Of a stretch of 38,792 nt of DNA, positions 18,899 to 29,700 are shown piece after piece. Under the pieces are notes generated by a model that saw only the letters and a list, made by a program, of their open reading frames with translations, was not told the origin of the DNA and searched no databases. Each line of letters starts with the position of its first letter. Positions within the stretch are counted from its first letter, which is position 1. Source of the stretch: Limnohabitans sp. (GTDB lineage: Bacteria > Pseudomonadota > Gammaproteobacteria > Burkholderiales > Burkholderiaceae_C); NCBI GenBank assembly GCA_044360575.1, contig JBIKKE010000001.1, forward strand, positions 1-38,792, read 5' to 3'. The position numbers and the translations under genes were made by a program.

Positions 18899-21628
18899 AT
18901 GAGCCAAGCCACTTTCTCCGTCTCCGACATTCGCAAGACCTTTTTGGACTTTTTTGCATCCAAAGGGCACACCGTGGTGGCATCCAGCCCCTTGGTTCCG
19001 GGCAACGACCCCACATTGATGTTCACCAACTCGGGCATGGTCCAGTTCAAGGACGTGTTTTTGGGTTCGGACAAGCGCTCCTATGTGCGTGCTGCCTCGG
19101 TGCAGGCCTGCTTGCGGGCCGGTGGCAAGCACAACGACTTGGAAAACGTGGGTTACACCGCGCGCCATCACACCTTCTTCGAGATGCTGGGCAACTGGTC
19201 GTTTGGTGATTACTTCAAGCGCGAATCGCTGGAGTGGGCGTGGGAACTGTTGACTCAGGTCTACAAGCTGCCTGCCGACAAACTGTACGCCACGGTGTAC
19301 ATGGAAGACGACGAGGCCCATGCCATTTGGGAAGGTATTTTTGTCAAAGCCGGCTGGACGCCTGAGCGCATCAAGGCAGAGAACCGCATCATCCGCATCG
19401 GCGACAACAAAGGTGGCCGCTACAAGTCAGACAACTTCTGGATGATGGCCGACACCGGCCCGTGCGGCCCTTGCTCCGAGATTTTTTATGACCATGGCGC
19501 ACACATTCCCGGCGGCCCACCCGGCAGCCCTGACGAAGACGGCGACCGCTTCATCGAGATCTGGAACAACGTGTTCATGCAGTTCAACATGGACGAGACC
19601 GGTGCTGTCACGCCGCTGCCCGCGCCTTGCGTGGACACAGGGATGGGCTTGGAGCGCTTGGCGGCGATCTTGCAGCACGTTCACAGCAACTACGAGATCG
19701 ACATTTTTGATGCGCTGATCAAAGCCGCATCGCGCGAAACCGGCTGCACCGATCTGAAGAACAAGTCTCTGCGCGTGATCGCTGACCACATCCGCGCCAC
19801 CGCATTTTTGGTGAGCGATGGCGTGGTGCCCAACAACGAAGGCCGGGGCTATGTGCAGCGCCGCATCATCCGTCGCGCGATTCGCCACGGCTATTTGCTG
19901 GGTAAAAAGACCCCGTTCTTCCACAAGTTGGTGCCTGATTTGGTCCAGCTCATGGGCGCGGCTTACCCCAACATGGCCGATCAGGCCGAGCGCATTGCCG
20001 ATGTTTTGCGGGTGGAAGAAGAGCGCTTTTTTGAGACTCTTGAAGTGGGCATGCAAATTTTGAATAGCGCGATGGTCACTTCTGAAAATACAACTGTGAT
20101 CTTTTCTTCGTCGCCTCTGCGTGAGCCGCTTGATAAGTTAGGTTTGTTAAAAGTTCCACCAATCAAGATTGTTTCTGGCGAAGTTGCGTTCAAGTTGCAC
20201 GACACCTATGGATTTCCACTTGATTTAACAGCAGATGTCTGTCGTGAACGCGGTTGGACTGTGGACGAAGCCGGCTTCGCCGCCGCCATGGAAAAGCAAA
20301 AGGCCCAGGCCCGTGCTGCTGGCAAGTTCAAGATGGACAAGGCGCTAGATTACACCGGCGCGGGCAACGACTTTGTGGGCTATGAGGACCTGACGGCCAA
20401 CGCCAAAGTGCTGGCTTTGTACGCTGATGGCAACGCTGTGACCGAACTGAAAGCCGGTCAGGCGGGCGTGGTGGTGTTGGACACCACACCGTTCTATGCC
20501 GAGTCGGGCGGCCAGGTGGGCGACCAGGGCATGGTGCACAACGCGGGCGGTCAGTTCAATGTGGCCGACACGCTCAAGATCAAGGCCGATGTATTTGGCC
20601 ACCATGGAGAAATGAAATCCGGCAGCCTGAAGGTGGGCGATGCGGTGCAGGCGCATGTGGACCTGACTGTGCGCGCCGCTACCGTGCGCAACCACAGTGC
20701 CACCCACCTGATGCACAAAGCCCTGCGCGAAGTCCTGGGCAGCCATGTGCAGCAAAAGGGCAGCTTGGTGAATGCCGATCGCACCCGTTTTGACTTTGCG
20801 CACAACGCGCCCGTGACCGACGCCGAGATCCGCCAGATCGAAGCTCAAGTCAACGCTGAAATTTTGGCCAACGCCGCTGCGCAAGCGCGTGTGATGGACA
20901 TCGAAAGCGCCCAGAAAACTGGCGCGATGATGCTGTTTGGCGAGAAGTACGGCGAGACCGTGCGTGTGCTCGACATTGGCAGCAGCCGCGAACTCTGCGG
21001 CGGCACCCATGTGAAGGCGACGGGTGATATTGGCCTGTTCAAGATTGTGGGCGAGGGCGGTGTGGCTGCAGGCGTGCGCCGCATCGAAGCTGTGACGGGT
21101 AACAACGCGCTGGCTTATCTGCAGTCGCTCGAGGACACCGTGACGCAAGCGGCAGGCACGCTCAAGGCCCAGCCCGCTGAGCTGAACAACCGCATTGCCC
21201 AAGTCCTGGACCAGGTCAAGGCGCTCGAAAAAGAGCTGGCTGCAGCCAAAGGCAAGCTGGCTTCGGCCCAGGGTGACGAACTGATGACGCAAGCGATTGA
21301 CATCAAGGGTGTCAAGCTCTTGGTGGCTCAGCTGGAGGGTGCTGACGCCAAGACCTTGCGCGACACCGTGGACAAACTCAAGGACAAGCTCAAGACCGCT
21401 GTGGTCTTGCTCACGGCTGTGGATGGTGACAAAGTGCAGATCGCCGCAGGCGTGACCGCCGACAGCATGGGCAAAGTCAAAGCGGGCGATTTGGCCAGCT
21501 TTGTAGCGGGCCAGGTCGGTGGCAAAGGTGGTGGCAAGCCCGATATGGCCATGGCCGGAGGCTCCAACCCCGCTGCATTGCCTGCCGCCATGGCCAGCGT
21601 GCAAGCTTGGGTGACCGAGCGCGTTTGA
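18899..21628 (+). CDS. alaS: Alanine--tRNA ligase
   Basis: [44 protein letters not shown], editing motifs HSATHL and ELCGGTH, GGKGGGK. Start ATG 18899. TATAAT at 18862-18867. Confidence 0.97.
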   Translation: MSQATFSVSDIRKTFLDFFASKGHTVVASSPLVPGNDPTLMFTNSGMVQFKDVFLGSDKRSYVRAASVQACLRAGGKHNDLENVGYTARHHTFFEMLGNWSFGDYFKRESLEWAWELLTQVYKLPADKLYATVYMEDDEAHAIWEGIFVKAGWTPERIKAENRIIRIGDNKGGRYKSDNFWMMADTGPCGPCSEIFYDHGAHIPGGPPGSPDEDGDRFIEIWNNVFMQFNMDETGAVTPLPAPCVDTGMGLERLAAILQHVHSNYEIDIFDALIKAASRETGCTDLKNKSLRVIADHIRATAFLVSDGVVPNNEGRGYVQRRIIRRAIRHGYLLGKKTPFFHKLVPDLVQLMGAAYPNMADQAERIADVLRVEEERFFETLEVGMQILNSAMVTSENTTVIFSSSPLREPLDKLGLLKVPPIKIVSGEVAFKLHDTYGFPLDLTADVCRERGWTVDEAGFAAAMEKQKAQARAAGKFKMDKALDYTGAGNDFVGYEDLTANAKVLALYADGNAVTELKAGQAGVVVLDTTPFYAESGGQVGDQGMVHNAGGQFNVADTLKIKADVFGHHGEMKSGSLKVGDAVQAHVDLTVRAATVRNHSATHLMHKALREVLGSHVQQKGSLVNADRTRFDFAHNAPVTDAEIRQIEAQVNAEILANAAAQARVMDIESAQKTGAMMLFGEKYGETVRVLDIGSSRELCGGTHVKATGDIGLFKIVGEGGVAAGVRRIEAVTGNNALAYLQSLEDTVTQAAGTLKAQPAELNNRIAQVLDQVKALEKELAAAKGKLASAQGDELMTQAIDIKGVKLLVAQLEGADAKTLRDTVDKLKDKLKTAVVLLTAVDGDKVQIAAGVTADSMGKVKAGDLASFVAGQVGGKGGGKPDMAMAGGSNPAALPAAMASVQAWVTERV

Positions 21629-21652
21629 AAACCCGCTGATCTGTGAGGCGTC

Positions 21653-22867
21653 TCAGCTTGCCTGAGACACAGCGCCCTGCGCGATCAAGTCGTTGATTTC
21701 GGCCTCGCTCAAGCCATGTTCTTGGAGCAATTCGCGTGTGTGCTCGCCCAGCAGAGGTGCGGCTTGTCCGGTGTCGGTGGGCGTTTGCGAAAAGTGAATC
21801 GGACACCCAATGCCGCGTGTAAAGCCGGCTTGCGGATGCTCCAAGGTGACCACCATGCCCCGAGCCAAAGTTTGCGGGTGTGACAGCGCCTCGCCGATGG
21901 TGTGCACCGGTCCGGCGGGCACGCCCGCTGCGTCCATGTCAGCTTGCCATTCGGCACGTGTGCGTTGGCGCAGCACCGCGTTCATGAGCGTGACCAATTC
22001 ACTCAAATGGGCCATGCGGTCGCTGTTGGTCGCAAAGCGTGGGTCTTCTCGCCATTCGGGGTGGCCCAGCACTTGGCAGATGCGCTCCCAGTTGGTTTGG
22101 TTGGCTCCGCCGATGTTGATCCAACCGTCGCTGGCCTCAAAGGCCTGGTAGGGCGCCGTCAGGATGTGTGCCGAGCCCGTAGGTTGAGGTTCGCGCTGCG
22201 TGGCCAGCCAAACAGCAGCATGCCAATAGGTTTGTTGCAGGGCTGCGTCGCTCAACGAGGTGTCCACGATCTGGCCTTCACCTGTTTTGAGCTTGTGGAT
22301 GTAAGCCGCCAAGATGCCAGTAGCTGCCAAGATGCCTGCGTTCATGTCGGACACAGCGTTGCCGCTTTTGGCAGGGGGCCGACCGGCTTCGCCCGTCACC
22401 GCCATCAGGCCTGCAAAGCCTTGGGCGATTAGGTCAAAGCCGCCTTTGTCGGCATAAGGCCCCGTGCGGCCATAGCCCGAGATGGCGCAGTAGATAAGAC
22501 CCGGATTCGCCTCGCGCAAGGCTTCGTAACCCAGTCCCAACTTTTCCATGGTGCCACCGCGAAAGTTCTCGACCAGCACATCGGCGTTTTTAACCATGCG
22601 CAACAGCAGAGCACGGCCTTGCGGTTTTTTCAGATCCAGCGCCAGACCCCGTTTGTTGCGGTTGAGCATCAAAAAGGGCGCAGACACGCCATTGATTTGC
22701 GGGTCGCGGTAGCCCCGAGCGTCATCGCCGCCGGGCAGCTTTTCGATCTTGATGACGTCAGCTCCCATGTCGGCCAAAAGCAGACCACAGGTCGGGCCCG
22801 ACATGATTTGCGTCATTTCGAGGACGCGCAGACCGGCCAAAGGCCCAGTGTGTTGTGCGCTTGCCAT
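21653..22867 (-). CDS. CaiB/BaiF (family III) CoA transferase
   Basis: GPLAGLRVLE, LLADMGADVIKIE, NRNKR, ADVLVENFR, SGYGRTGP, APLLGEHT. Start set at MASAQH (22867). Confidence 0.9.
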   Translation of the reverse strand: MASAQHTGPLAGLRVLEMTQIMSGPTCGLLLADMGADVIKIEKLPGGDDARGYRDPQINGVSAPFLMLNRNKRGLALDLKKPQGRALLLRMVKNADVLVENFRGGTMEKLGLGYEALREANPGLIYCAISGYGRTGPYADKGGFDLIAQGFAGLMAVTGEAGRPPAKSGNAVSDMNAGILAATGILAAYIHKLKTGEGQIVDTSLSDAALQQTYWHAAVWLATQREPQPTGSAHILTAPYQAFEASDGWINIGGANQTNWERICQVLGHPEWREDPRFATNSDRMAHLSELVTLMNAVLRQRTRAEWQADMDAAGVPAGPVHTIGEALSHPQTLARGMVVTLEHPQAGFTRGIGCPIHFSQTPTDTGQAAPLLGEHTRELLQEHGLSEAEINDLIAQGAVSQAS

Positions 22868-22869
22868 GG

Positions 22870-23658
22870 TCAAAGACCTTTCCAAAGGGGTTTGCGTTTG
22901 GCCACAAAGGCGTTGACGCCTTCGCGGAAGTCCTCGCTGCCATAGGCTTGGCGAATCAGGTCTTCGGACTCGGGTGCGCGGTACTGCACCAAGCGGTTCA
23001 GGGCTTGTTTGCTCACCTGTTGGGTCACCGGTGCCAAGGATGTCAAGCGCTGCACCAAAGCGCTGGTGGCCGCGTCGATGTCGCTCGGCTCTGCCAATTG
23101 GTGCAAATAACCGCAGGCTAGGGCTTCGTCGGCCCCAATCATCTCGGCCAGCATCAGCATGCGTTTGACGCGTTGCGGCCCGAAAGCGGCGCTGAGCCGC
23201 GCCACATTGGCCACCGACAAACAGTTGCCCAAGGTTTTGGCAATTGGCACGCCCAATTGTGAGCCCGGTGTGGCCAGGCGAAAGTCGCAAGCCGTGGCAA
23301 TCGCCAGCCCGCCCCCCACAGCCCAACCTTGAATGAGCGCCACGGTAGGCATGGGCAGTGAGCAAAGCAAGTCAATACAGGCTTCGATTTGGGCCTCGTA
23401 GGCCACACCATCGTCACCTGTTTTGAAGGTTGTGAATTGCTCGATGTCGGTGCCCGCCACAAATGCTTGTTCACCGGCGCCACGAAACACCACGGCGCGC
23501 ACGCTGGCATCCGTTTTGAACGCTTCGCAGTGGCCGCTGAGTTGTTGGTACATGGCCCAGGTCATCGCGTTGCGCGCCTGGGGTCTGTTGAAGGTCACCG
23601 TGGCTACACCTTGCCGAATGGCAAGTTCCACGGTGCCTGAGGCCGGAATGTCGGTCAT
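22870..23658 (-). CDS. Enoyl-CoA hydratase/isomerase (crotonase) family protein
   Basis: NRPQARNAM, AFVAGTDI, GWAVGGG, ACDFR, SEDFREGV.AF..KRKP. TGATG overlap with the upstream gene. Confidence 0.9.
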   Translation of the reverse strand: MTDIPASGTVELAIRQGVATVTFNRPQARNAMTWAMYQQLSGHCEAFKTDASVRAVVFRGAGEQAFVAGTDIEQFTTFKTGDDGVAYEAQIEACIDLLCSLPMPTVALIQGWAVGGGLAIATACDFRLATPGSQLGVPIAKTLGNCLSVANVARLSAAFGPQRVKRMLMLAEMIGADEALACGYLHQLAEPSDIDAATSALVQRLTSLAPVTQQVSKQALNRLVQYRAPESEDLIRQAYGSEDFREGVNAFVAKRKPLWKGL

Positions 23659-24635
23659 CAGCTGTCGAGCTTGACGTTGCTGTCTTTGACCACTTTGGCC
23701 CACTTGACCTGCTCGGTGCGGATGAAGTCGGCAAAGCGTTGGGCTGAACCGCCACCGTCCTCTGCGCCGAACTGCGCCAATTTTTCCATCACATCGGGCA
23801 TGAGCAATACTTTGTTGATGTCTTCGTTCATGCGCTGAGCCATTGCTGCGGGCATTTTGCCCGGCCCTGCCAAGCCATACCAAGTGGTGGCCTCAAAGTT
23901 GGGAAAGCCTGCCTCGACCATGGTGGGCACATTGGGGTAGCTCGATGCCCGCTTGGCGCGGGTCTGTGCAATGGCACGCACTTTGCCGCTTTTGACATGG
24001 GGTGTCGCAGCGGTCATGGTGTCAAACGAATAGCCAATTTGGCCCCCAATCAAATCTGCCAACATTGGACCGGATCCTTTGTAGGGGATGTGGATGGTGT
24101 CCACGCCTGCCGCCAATTTGAAGGACTCCAAAGCCATGTGCTGGGCCGAGCCCTGACCGGCAGAGCCAAAGCTGACTTTGCCAGGGTTGGCCTTGCACTG
24201 TGCGACCAATTCGGCCACGGTTTTGGCGGGCTGGTCGTTGTTCGAGATGAGCAAATTGGGTGTGATCCCCACCAATGTCAAGGGCGTGAAGTCGCGGTCC
24301 ACCACATAGTTGAGTTTGGGCATCAATGCGGGGGCCAAAGCGTGGCTGTTGATGTGCGCCATCAGCAAGGTGTTCCCGTCAGGGGCGGCCTTGGCCACAG
24401 CTTCAGCAGCGATGACCCCTGTGGCGCCCGCGCGGTTTTCTACCAACACGGTGACACCCCACATGATTTGCAGTTTTTGCGCCACGATGCGGGCCAAGAT
24501 GTCGGTCCCTCCTCCTGGTGCAAACCCCACCAGGATGCGCACCGGCCCCGAGGGCAAGGTTTGCGCCTGGATTGCGGGGGCCACCATCGTTGCGGCTGAG
24601 GCTGCTGTAGCGGCCACAAAAGTTCTGCGTTTCAT
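23658..24635 (-). CDS. Bug/TctC tripartite tricarboxylate transporter substrate-binding protein
   Basis: Twin-Arg-like signal MKRRTF. VGFAPGGGTDILAR, ENRAGA.G, PDGNTL, HIPYKGSG. Confidence 0.92.
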   Translation of the reverse strand: MKRRTFVAATAASAATMVAPAIQAQTLPSGPVRILVGFAPGGGTDILARIVAQKLQIMWGVTVLVENRAGATGVIAAEAVAKAAPDGNTLLMAHINSHALAPALMPKLNYVVDRDFTPLTLVGITPNLLISNNDQPAKTVAELVAQCKANPGKVSFGSAGQGSAQHMALESFKLAAGVDTIHIPYKGSGPMLADLIGGQIGYSFDTMTAATPHVKSGKVRAIAQTRAKRASSYPNVPTMVEAGFPNFEATTWYGLAGPGKMPAAMAQRMNEDINKVLLMPDVMEKLAQFGAEDGGGSAQRFADFIRTEQVKWAKVVKDSNVKLDS

Positions 24636-24705
24636 GTTGTCTCCTTGGGTAGTTGTTGGAAATGCACGCGAGAAAACGGAATGTCCTTGGCTCTATGCCC
24701 CAGGT

Positions 24706-25896
24706 TTAGTGGCTTGAAAAGTGATCCATGATCGCCTGCACGCCACTGCCTTGCAGCGCTACGCCAGACAGCTTCAGGCCCATTTCGCAGCCTGCCACGG
24801 TGGCGATCAGGGTCAGGTCGTTGCTGTCGCCCAAATGGCCAATGCGGAACATGCGGCCTTTGACTTTGCCAAGGCCTGTGCCCAGTGAGCAGTCAAAGCG
24901 CTGATGGATGACCTTTCGCACTGCGTCCGCGTCCACGCCCTCGGGGGTCATGACCCCAGTCAAGATGGGCGAGTAAACAGCCGGGTCGGCGCACTGGATG
25001 GGCAAGCCCCAGGCGTTGACGGCTGCCCGCACGCCAGCGGCCCAGCGTTGGTGCCGTGCAAAAACCTTGTCGAGGCCTTCGGCTAAAAGCATGTCGCAGG
25101 CTTCGCTCAGGCCATAAAGCAAGTTGGTGTTGGGCGTGGAGGGCCAGTAACCGTTTTTGTTCATCTCGATCATCTCGCCCCAAGCCCAATAGCTGCGAGG
25201 CATGCCGCCTTTTTGGCTGACTTCGATGGCGCGGGGTGACAAGGCGTTGAAGCTGATGCCGGGCGGCAGCATCAGGCCTTTTTGCGAGCCGCTGATGGTC
25301 ACGTCAACGCCCCATTCGTCGTGCCGGTAGTCGGCGCTGGCGAGGCCAGAAATGGTGTCTACCAAGAGCAAGGCGGGGTGTTTGGCGGCGTCCATGGCGC
25401 GGCGCACAGCGGCAATGTCGCTGGTCACACCGGTGGAGGTTTCGTTGTGCACCACGCAGACCGCCTTAATGCTGTGGCCCGTGTCTGCCTTCAGTCGTTG
25501 CTCGATCAGGTCGGCTTGCACGCCGTTGCGCCACCCTTCCAAGCCGGGCAGGCTCAAGACTTCGGACTTCAGACCCAGCTGTTGGGCCAGTTTGTTCCAC
25601 AAAAACGCAAAGTGACCGGTTTCGTACATCAGCACATGGTCACCCGCCTGGAGCACGTTGCTGAGCGCAGCTTCCCAAGCCCCCGTGCCGGAGGCGGGGT
25701 AGATCATGACCGGATGGCGGGTTTTGAATATCTTTTGCACATCGGCCAGGACTTTCAGGCCGAGGGCGCCGAACTCGGGACCCCGGTGGTCGATGGTGGG
25801 CGAGCTGATGGCGCGCAAGATTCGGTCGGGTACGGGAGAGGGACCTGGGATTTGCAGGAAGTGGCGACCGGTGGGGTGAAAGTTGGTAACGAGCAT
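24706..25896 (-). CDS. Class V PLP aminotransferase, serine/alanine--glyoxylate aminotransferase-like
   Basis: GRHFLQIPGPS, SGTGAWE, VHNETSTG, VDTIS, PLP-lysine motif GSQKG, FRIGHLG. Confidence 0.9.
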   Translation of the reverse strand: MLVTNFHPTGRHFLQIPGPSPVPDRILRAISSPTIDHRGPEFGALGLKVLADVQKIFKTRHPVMIYPASGTGAWEAALSNVLQAGDHVLMYETGHFAFLWNKLAQQLGLKSEVLSLPGLEGWRNGVQADLIEQRLKADTGHSIKAVCVVHNETSTGVTSDIAAVRRAMDAAKHPALLLVDTISGLASADYRHDEWGVDVTISGSQKGLMLPPGISFNALSPRAIEVSQKGGMPRSYWAWGEMIEMNKNGYWPSTPNTNLLYGLSEACDMLLAEGLDKVFARHQRWAAGVRAAVNAWGLPIQCADPAVYSPILTGVMTPEGVDADAVRKVIHQRFDCSLGTGLGKVKGRMFRIGHLGDSNDLTLIATVAGCEMGLKLSGVALQGSGVQAIMDHFSSH

Positions 25897-25922
25897 GGGT
25901 AAAAGTCCTTCTAATAGGGTTT

Positions 25923-26004
25923 ATTTTTTGTATTTAAAATACATTTGTCAAGGGCGTTTGCCCTAAAATTCCTTTCATCATAAGAATTTTTTGTATTCAA
26001 AATA
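25923..26004. promoter_or_regulatory. Twin GntR-type operator and divergent promoters
   Basis: ATTTTTTGTATT(T/C)AAAATA at 25923-25941 and 25986-26004, with pseudo-palindromic core TTTTGTATTCAAAA. TTGACA on the minus strand at 25946-25951. Confidence 0.7.
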
Positions 26005-26009
26005 AGTTC

Positions 26010-26732
26010 ATGACTTTAGAACACTTGTCCATTGCGCGTCCCGTTCTGCACGAGCAAGTGGCGCAGCGCCTGCGCCAAATGTTGGTGGAGGGCTTGATTC
26101 CGCCGGGCGGCAAACTCAATGAGCGCACCCTGTGCGAAGAGTTGAGCATTTCGCGCACCCCATTGCGTGAAGCCATCAAAATGCTGGCCGCCGAGGGTTT
26201 GGTCGAACTGTTGCCCAACCGGGGTTCGGTGGCCGTGCAGTTGAGTGAGGCCGATGTGCGCCACACCTTTGAGGTGATGGCCGGACTGGAGGGCCTGTCG
26301 GGCGAGTTGGCCGCGCAGCGCGTGACCGAGGCCGAACTGAATGAAATCAAGGCCCTCCATTTCGAGATGATGGCCGCCTACACCCGGCGCGATCTGTCGG
26401 CTTATTACCAAGTCAATGCGGCGATCCACCGCAGTTTCAATGCGGCGGCCAAGAACCCAGTGCTGACGGCCACTTACAACCAAGTCAACGCCCGTTTGCA
26501 AGCGCTGCGTTTTCGCTCCAACCAAGACGGCGACAAATGGCAACGCGCCGTGGACGAACACATCGCCATGGTTCAGGCGCTGGAGGCCCGTGACCCTGCA
26601 GCCTTGCGCCAGGTGCTGATGCACCACTTGGACAATAAGCGCAATGTGGTGATCGATCAGCTGCGCGCCGTGCGCCACAGCATCGACAGCACCCCAGACA
26701 CCTTATTCCTCACCGAAGGACACACCCCATGA
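26010..26732 (+). CDS. GntR (FadR/FCD subfamily) transcriptional regulator
   Basis: wHTH LNERTLCEELSISRTPLREA.K.L..EGLV, followed by an FCD-like C-terminus. Confidence 0.92.
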   Translation: MTLEHLSIARPVLHEQVAQRLRQMLVEGLIPPGGKLNERTLCEELSISRTPLREAIKMLAAEGLVELLPNRGSVAVQLSEADVRHTFEVMAGLEGLSGELAAQRVTEAELNEIKALHFEMMAAYTRRDLSAYYQVNAAIHRSFNAAAKNPVLTATYNQVNARLQALRFRSNQDGDKWQRAVDEHIAMVQALEARDPAALRQVLMHHLDNKRNVVIDQLRAVRHSIDSTPDTLFLTEGHTP

Positions 26733-29700
26733 ACGCCCCTTTGCCGATCGATTTGTCCAAATCCTTGCCCGACCATGCCTACGACAAGGTCGCGCACATC
26801 AGCAACGAGGTGGCCGGGCTGCTCGCCAAGCGTTTGCGCTCGGACACCCGGGGTGAGGTCCTCTTTTCGGCAGCCGACAGGGGCCGCTATGCGACAGACG
26901 CTTCCATTTATCAAGCCATGCCTTCGGGTGTTTTTGTGCCGCGTGACGCGTCCGATGTGCGCGTGGCTTTGGACATTTGTCGCGACCTGGGTGTGCCCAT
27001 CGTGCCGCGTGGTGGCGGCACCAGCCAGTGCGGCCAAACCGTGGGCGCGGGTTTGGTCATTGACCATTCCAAGCACATGCGTCAGGTTCTCGCAGTGGAC
27101 CCGGAGCAGCGCACTGCCACGGTGGAGCCAGGCTTGGTGTTGGACCACTTGAATGCGGCCCTGAAGCAGCATGGCCTGTGGTACCCGGTGGATGTGTCCA
27201 CCAGCGCGCAGGCCACGCTGGGCGGCATGGCGGGCAACAACTCGTGTGGCAGCCGCTCGATCGCCTACGGCAACATGGTGCACAACGTGCTGGGCGCTGA
27301 GGCTTGGTTGGCCGATGGCAGTTTGCTCGAATTTGGCGCCTATGAAAAAGCCCAAGGCCGCGCTCGTCAGATTGGCGACTTTGTGCGCGATTTGGCCCTG
27401 CAACACGCCAGTGAAATTGACGCTCACTGGCCCAAAGTCTTGCGCCGCGTGGCGGGCTACAACTTGGACATTTTCCGCAACCAGAACGAGCGGCCCTACA
27501 CGGCCGATGGCTCGGTCAACCTGGCGCATTTGCTGATTGGCAGCGAGGGCACGCTGGCACTCACGCGTTCGCTAACCCTGCGCTTGGCCGAGTTGCCACG
27601 CGCCAAGGTGCTTGGCGTGGTGAACTTTCCCAGCTTTTACCAAGCCATGGATTCGGCCCAGCACATCGTCAAACTGGGGCAGGGCATGCCGGTGGGGCAC
27701 TTGTCAGCCGTCGAGCTGGTGGACCGCACCATGATCGAGCTGTCTTTGCAAAACCCTGCTTTTGCACCCACGATCCGCACTGCCTTGTCGCCGCACATCA
27801 ACGGCGGCATGCCGGAGGCGGTGTTGTTGGTGGAGTTTTCTGGACCGAGCAAAGCCGACATTGCTCACAAGATCAAGGAGCTGGTGGAGCTGATGGGCGA
27901 TCTGGGTTTGCCAGGCAGCGTGGTCGAGATGGTGGACGATGCCCCACAGAAAAACCTGTGGGAAGTGCGCAAGGCGGGCCTCAACATCATGATGAGCCTG
28001 CGCGGTGATGGCAAACCCGTCAGCTTCATCGAGGACTGCGCCGTGCCGCTGGAGAGCCTGGCCGAGTACACCGATGCCTTGACCGGGGTGTTTCGCAAGT
28101 ACGGCAGCCGGGGCACTTGGTACGCCCACGCATCGGTGGGTACTTTGCACGTACGGCCTATTCTTGACATGCGCCGCGATGGCGCGAGCAAAATGCGCGC
28201 CATTGCAGAGGAAGCCAGCGCCTTGGTGCGCCAATACAAAGGTGCATTCAGTGGCGAGCATGGCGACGGCCTGTGCCGGGGCGAGTGGATCGGTTGGCAG
28301 TTTGGCCCGCGCATCAGCGAGGCTTTTGCGCAGATCAAACGCGAGATGGACCCGCAGCAACTGCTGTGCCCCCAGCGCATCGTCAACCCGCCCAAAATGG
28401 ACGACACCACGCTGATGCGTTTTCCGCCCAGCTACAAGGTGGTGCCCATCCGCACCGCGCTCGACTGGAGCGCCTGGAACGTGCAAAACGACCCGGTCAC
28501 CGAGCAAACCAGCGCCCCAGGCACCGGCGGCGACCCGGCCCAAGGGCTGGCCAAAGCGGTGGAGATGTGCAACAACAACGGACACTGCCGAAAGTTCGAT
28601 GCGGGCACCATGTGCCCCAGTTACCGCGTGACCCGGGACGAGCAGCACCTGACGCGTGGCCGCGCCAACACCTTGCGCCTGGCCTTGAGCGGCCAGATCG
28701 AGGGCCTGGCGGGCGAAGACGCTTTGAGCAGCGAAGCTGTGCGCGAGGCCATGGACCTGTGCGTGGGCTGCAAAGGCTGCAAGCGCGATTGCCCCACCGG
28801 GGTGGACATGGCCAAGATGAAGGTCGAGTTTTTGCAGCACTACAAAGCCAAGCACGGCCACACGCTGCAAGACAAATTGGTGGCCCATTTGCCCGATTAC
28901 GCCCGCTGGGCGGCGCGCCTTGCCCCGGTCTTGAACCTGCGCAACCGCATGCCGCTTTTGGCCGCATTGACTGAAAAGCTCTTGGGCCTGTCGGCCAAGC
29001 GCAGCTTGCCCGATTGGCAATCGCGTCACTTCTTCAACACCCCGCCAAGCGCCGCACAAGCGAGCGCCAGCCGCGAAGAGGTGTTGGCAGCAGCGCGCGG
29101 TGTGGTCTTGTTTGTGGACACCTTCAACGGCTACTTAGAGTCGGCCAACGCGCATGCGGCCGTCAAGGTGCTGCAGGCGGCTGGATACACGGTGCATGTG
29201 GCCACAAAGCTCCAGGGCGATGGCGGGCATCTGTGCTGCGGCCGTACCTACTTGGCCAGCGGCATGGTGGACAAGGCCCGCGAAAAGGCCAGCGAAGTGG
29301 TGCAAAGCCTGCTGCCTTTTGCCGAAAAAGGCCTGTCCATCGTGGGCTTGGAGCCCTCATGCCTGCTCACACTGCGCGACGAAATGCTGGTCATGGGCTT
29401 GGGTGAAGGCGCGCAACGCATCGCCGGGCAAGCCCTGCTGTTCGAGGAATTTTTGGCCCGCGAAGCCCAATCAGGACAGCTGGACGCGCTGAAGGCGCAA
29501 ATCGCCCCGGTGGACCGCCCGGTCTTGCTGCACGGGCACTGCCACCAAAAAGCCTTTGACGCGGTGTCGCCCGTGATGGAAGTCTTGCGTTGGATTCCGG
29601 GGGCCAAGCCGCAACTGATCGAGAGCAGTTGCTGCGGCATGGCGGGCAGTTTTGGCTACGAGGCCAGCCACTACGAGGTGTCGATGCAAATGGCCGAGCT

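Noticed and set aside
20031-20260. alaS insert as an intein or intron
   Set aside because: It is far too short, lacks intein C/S...HN termini, keeps the frame with no stops, and shows no group I/II intron features.
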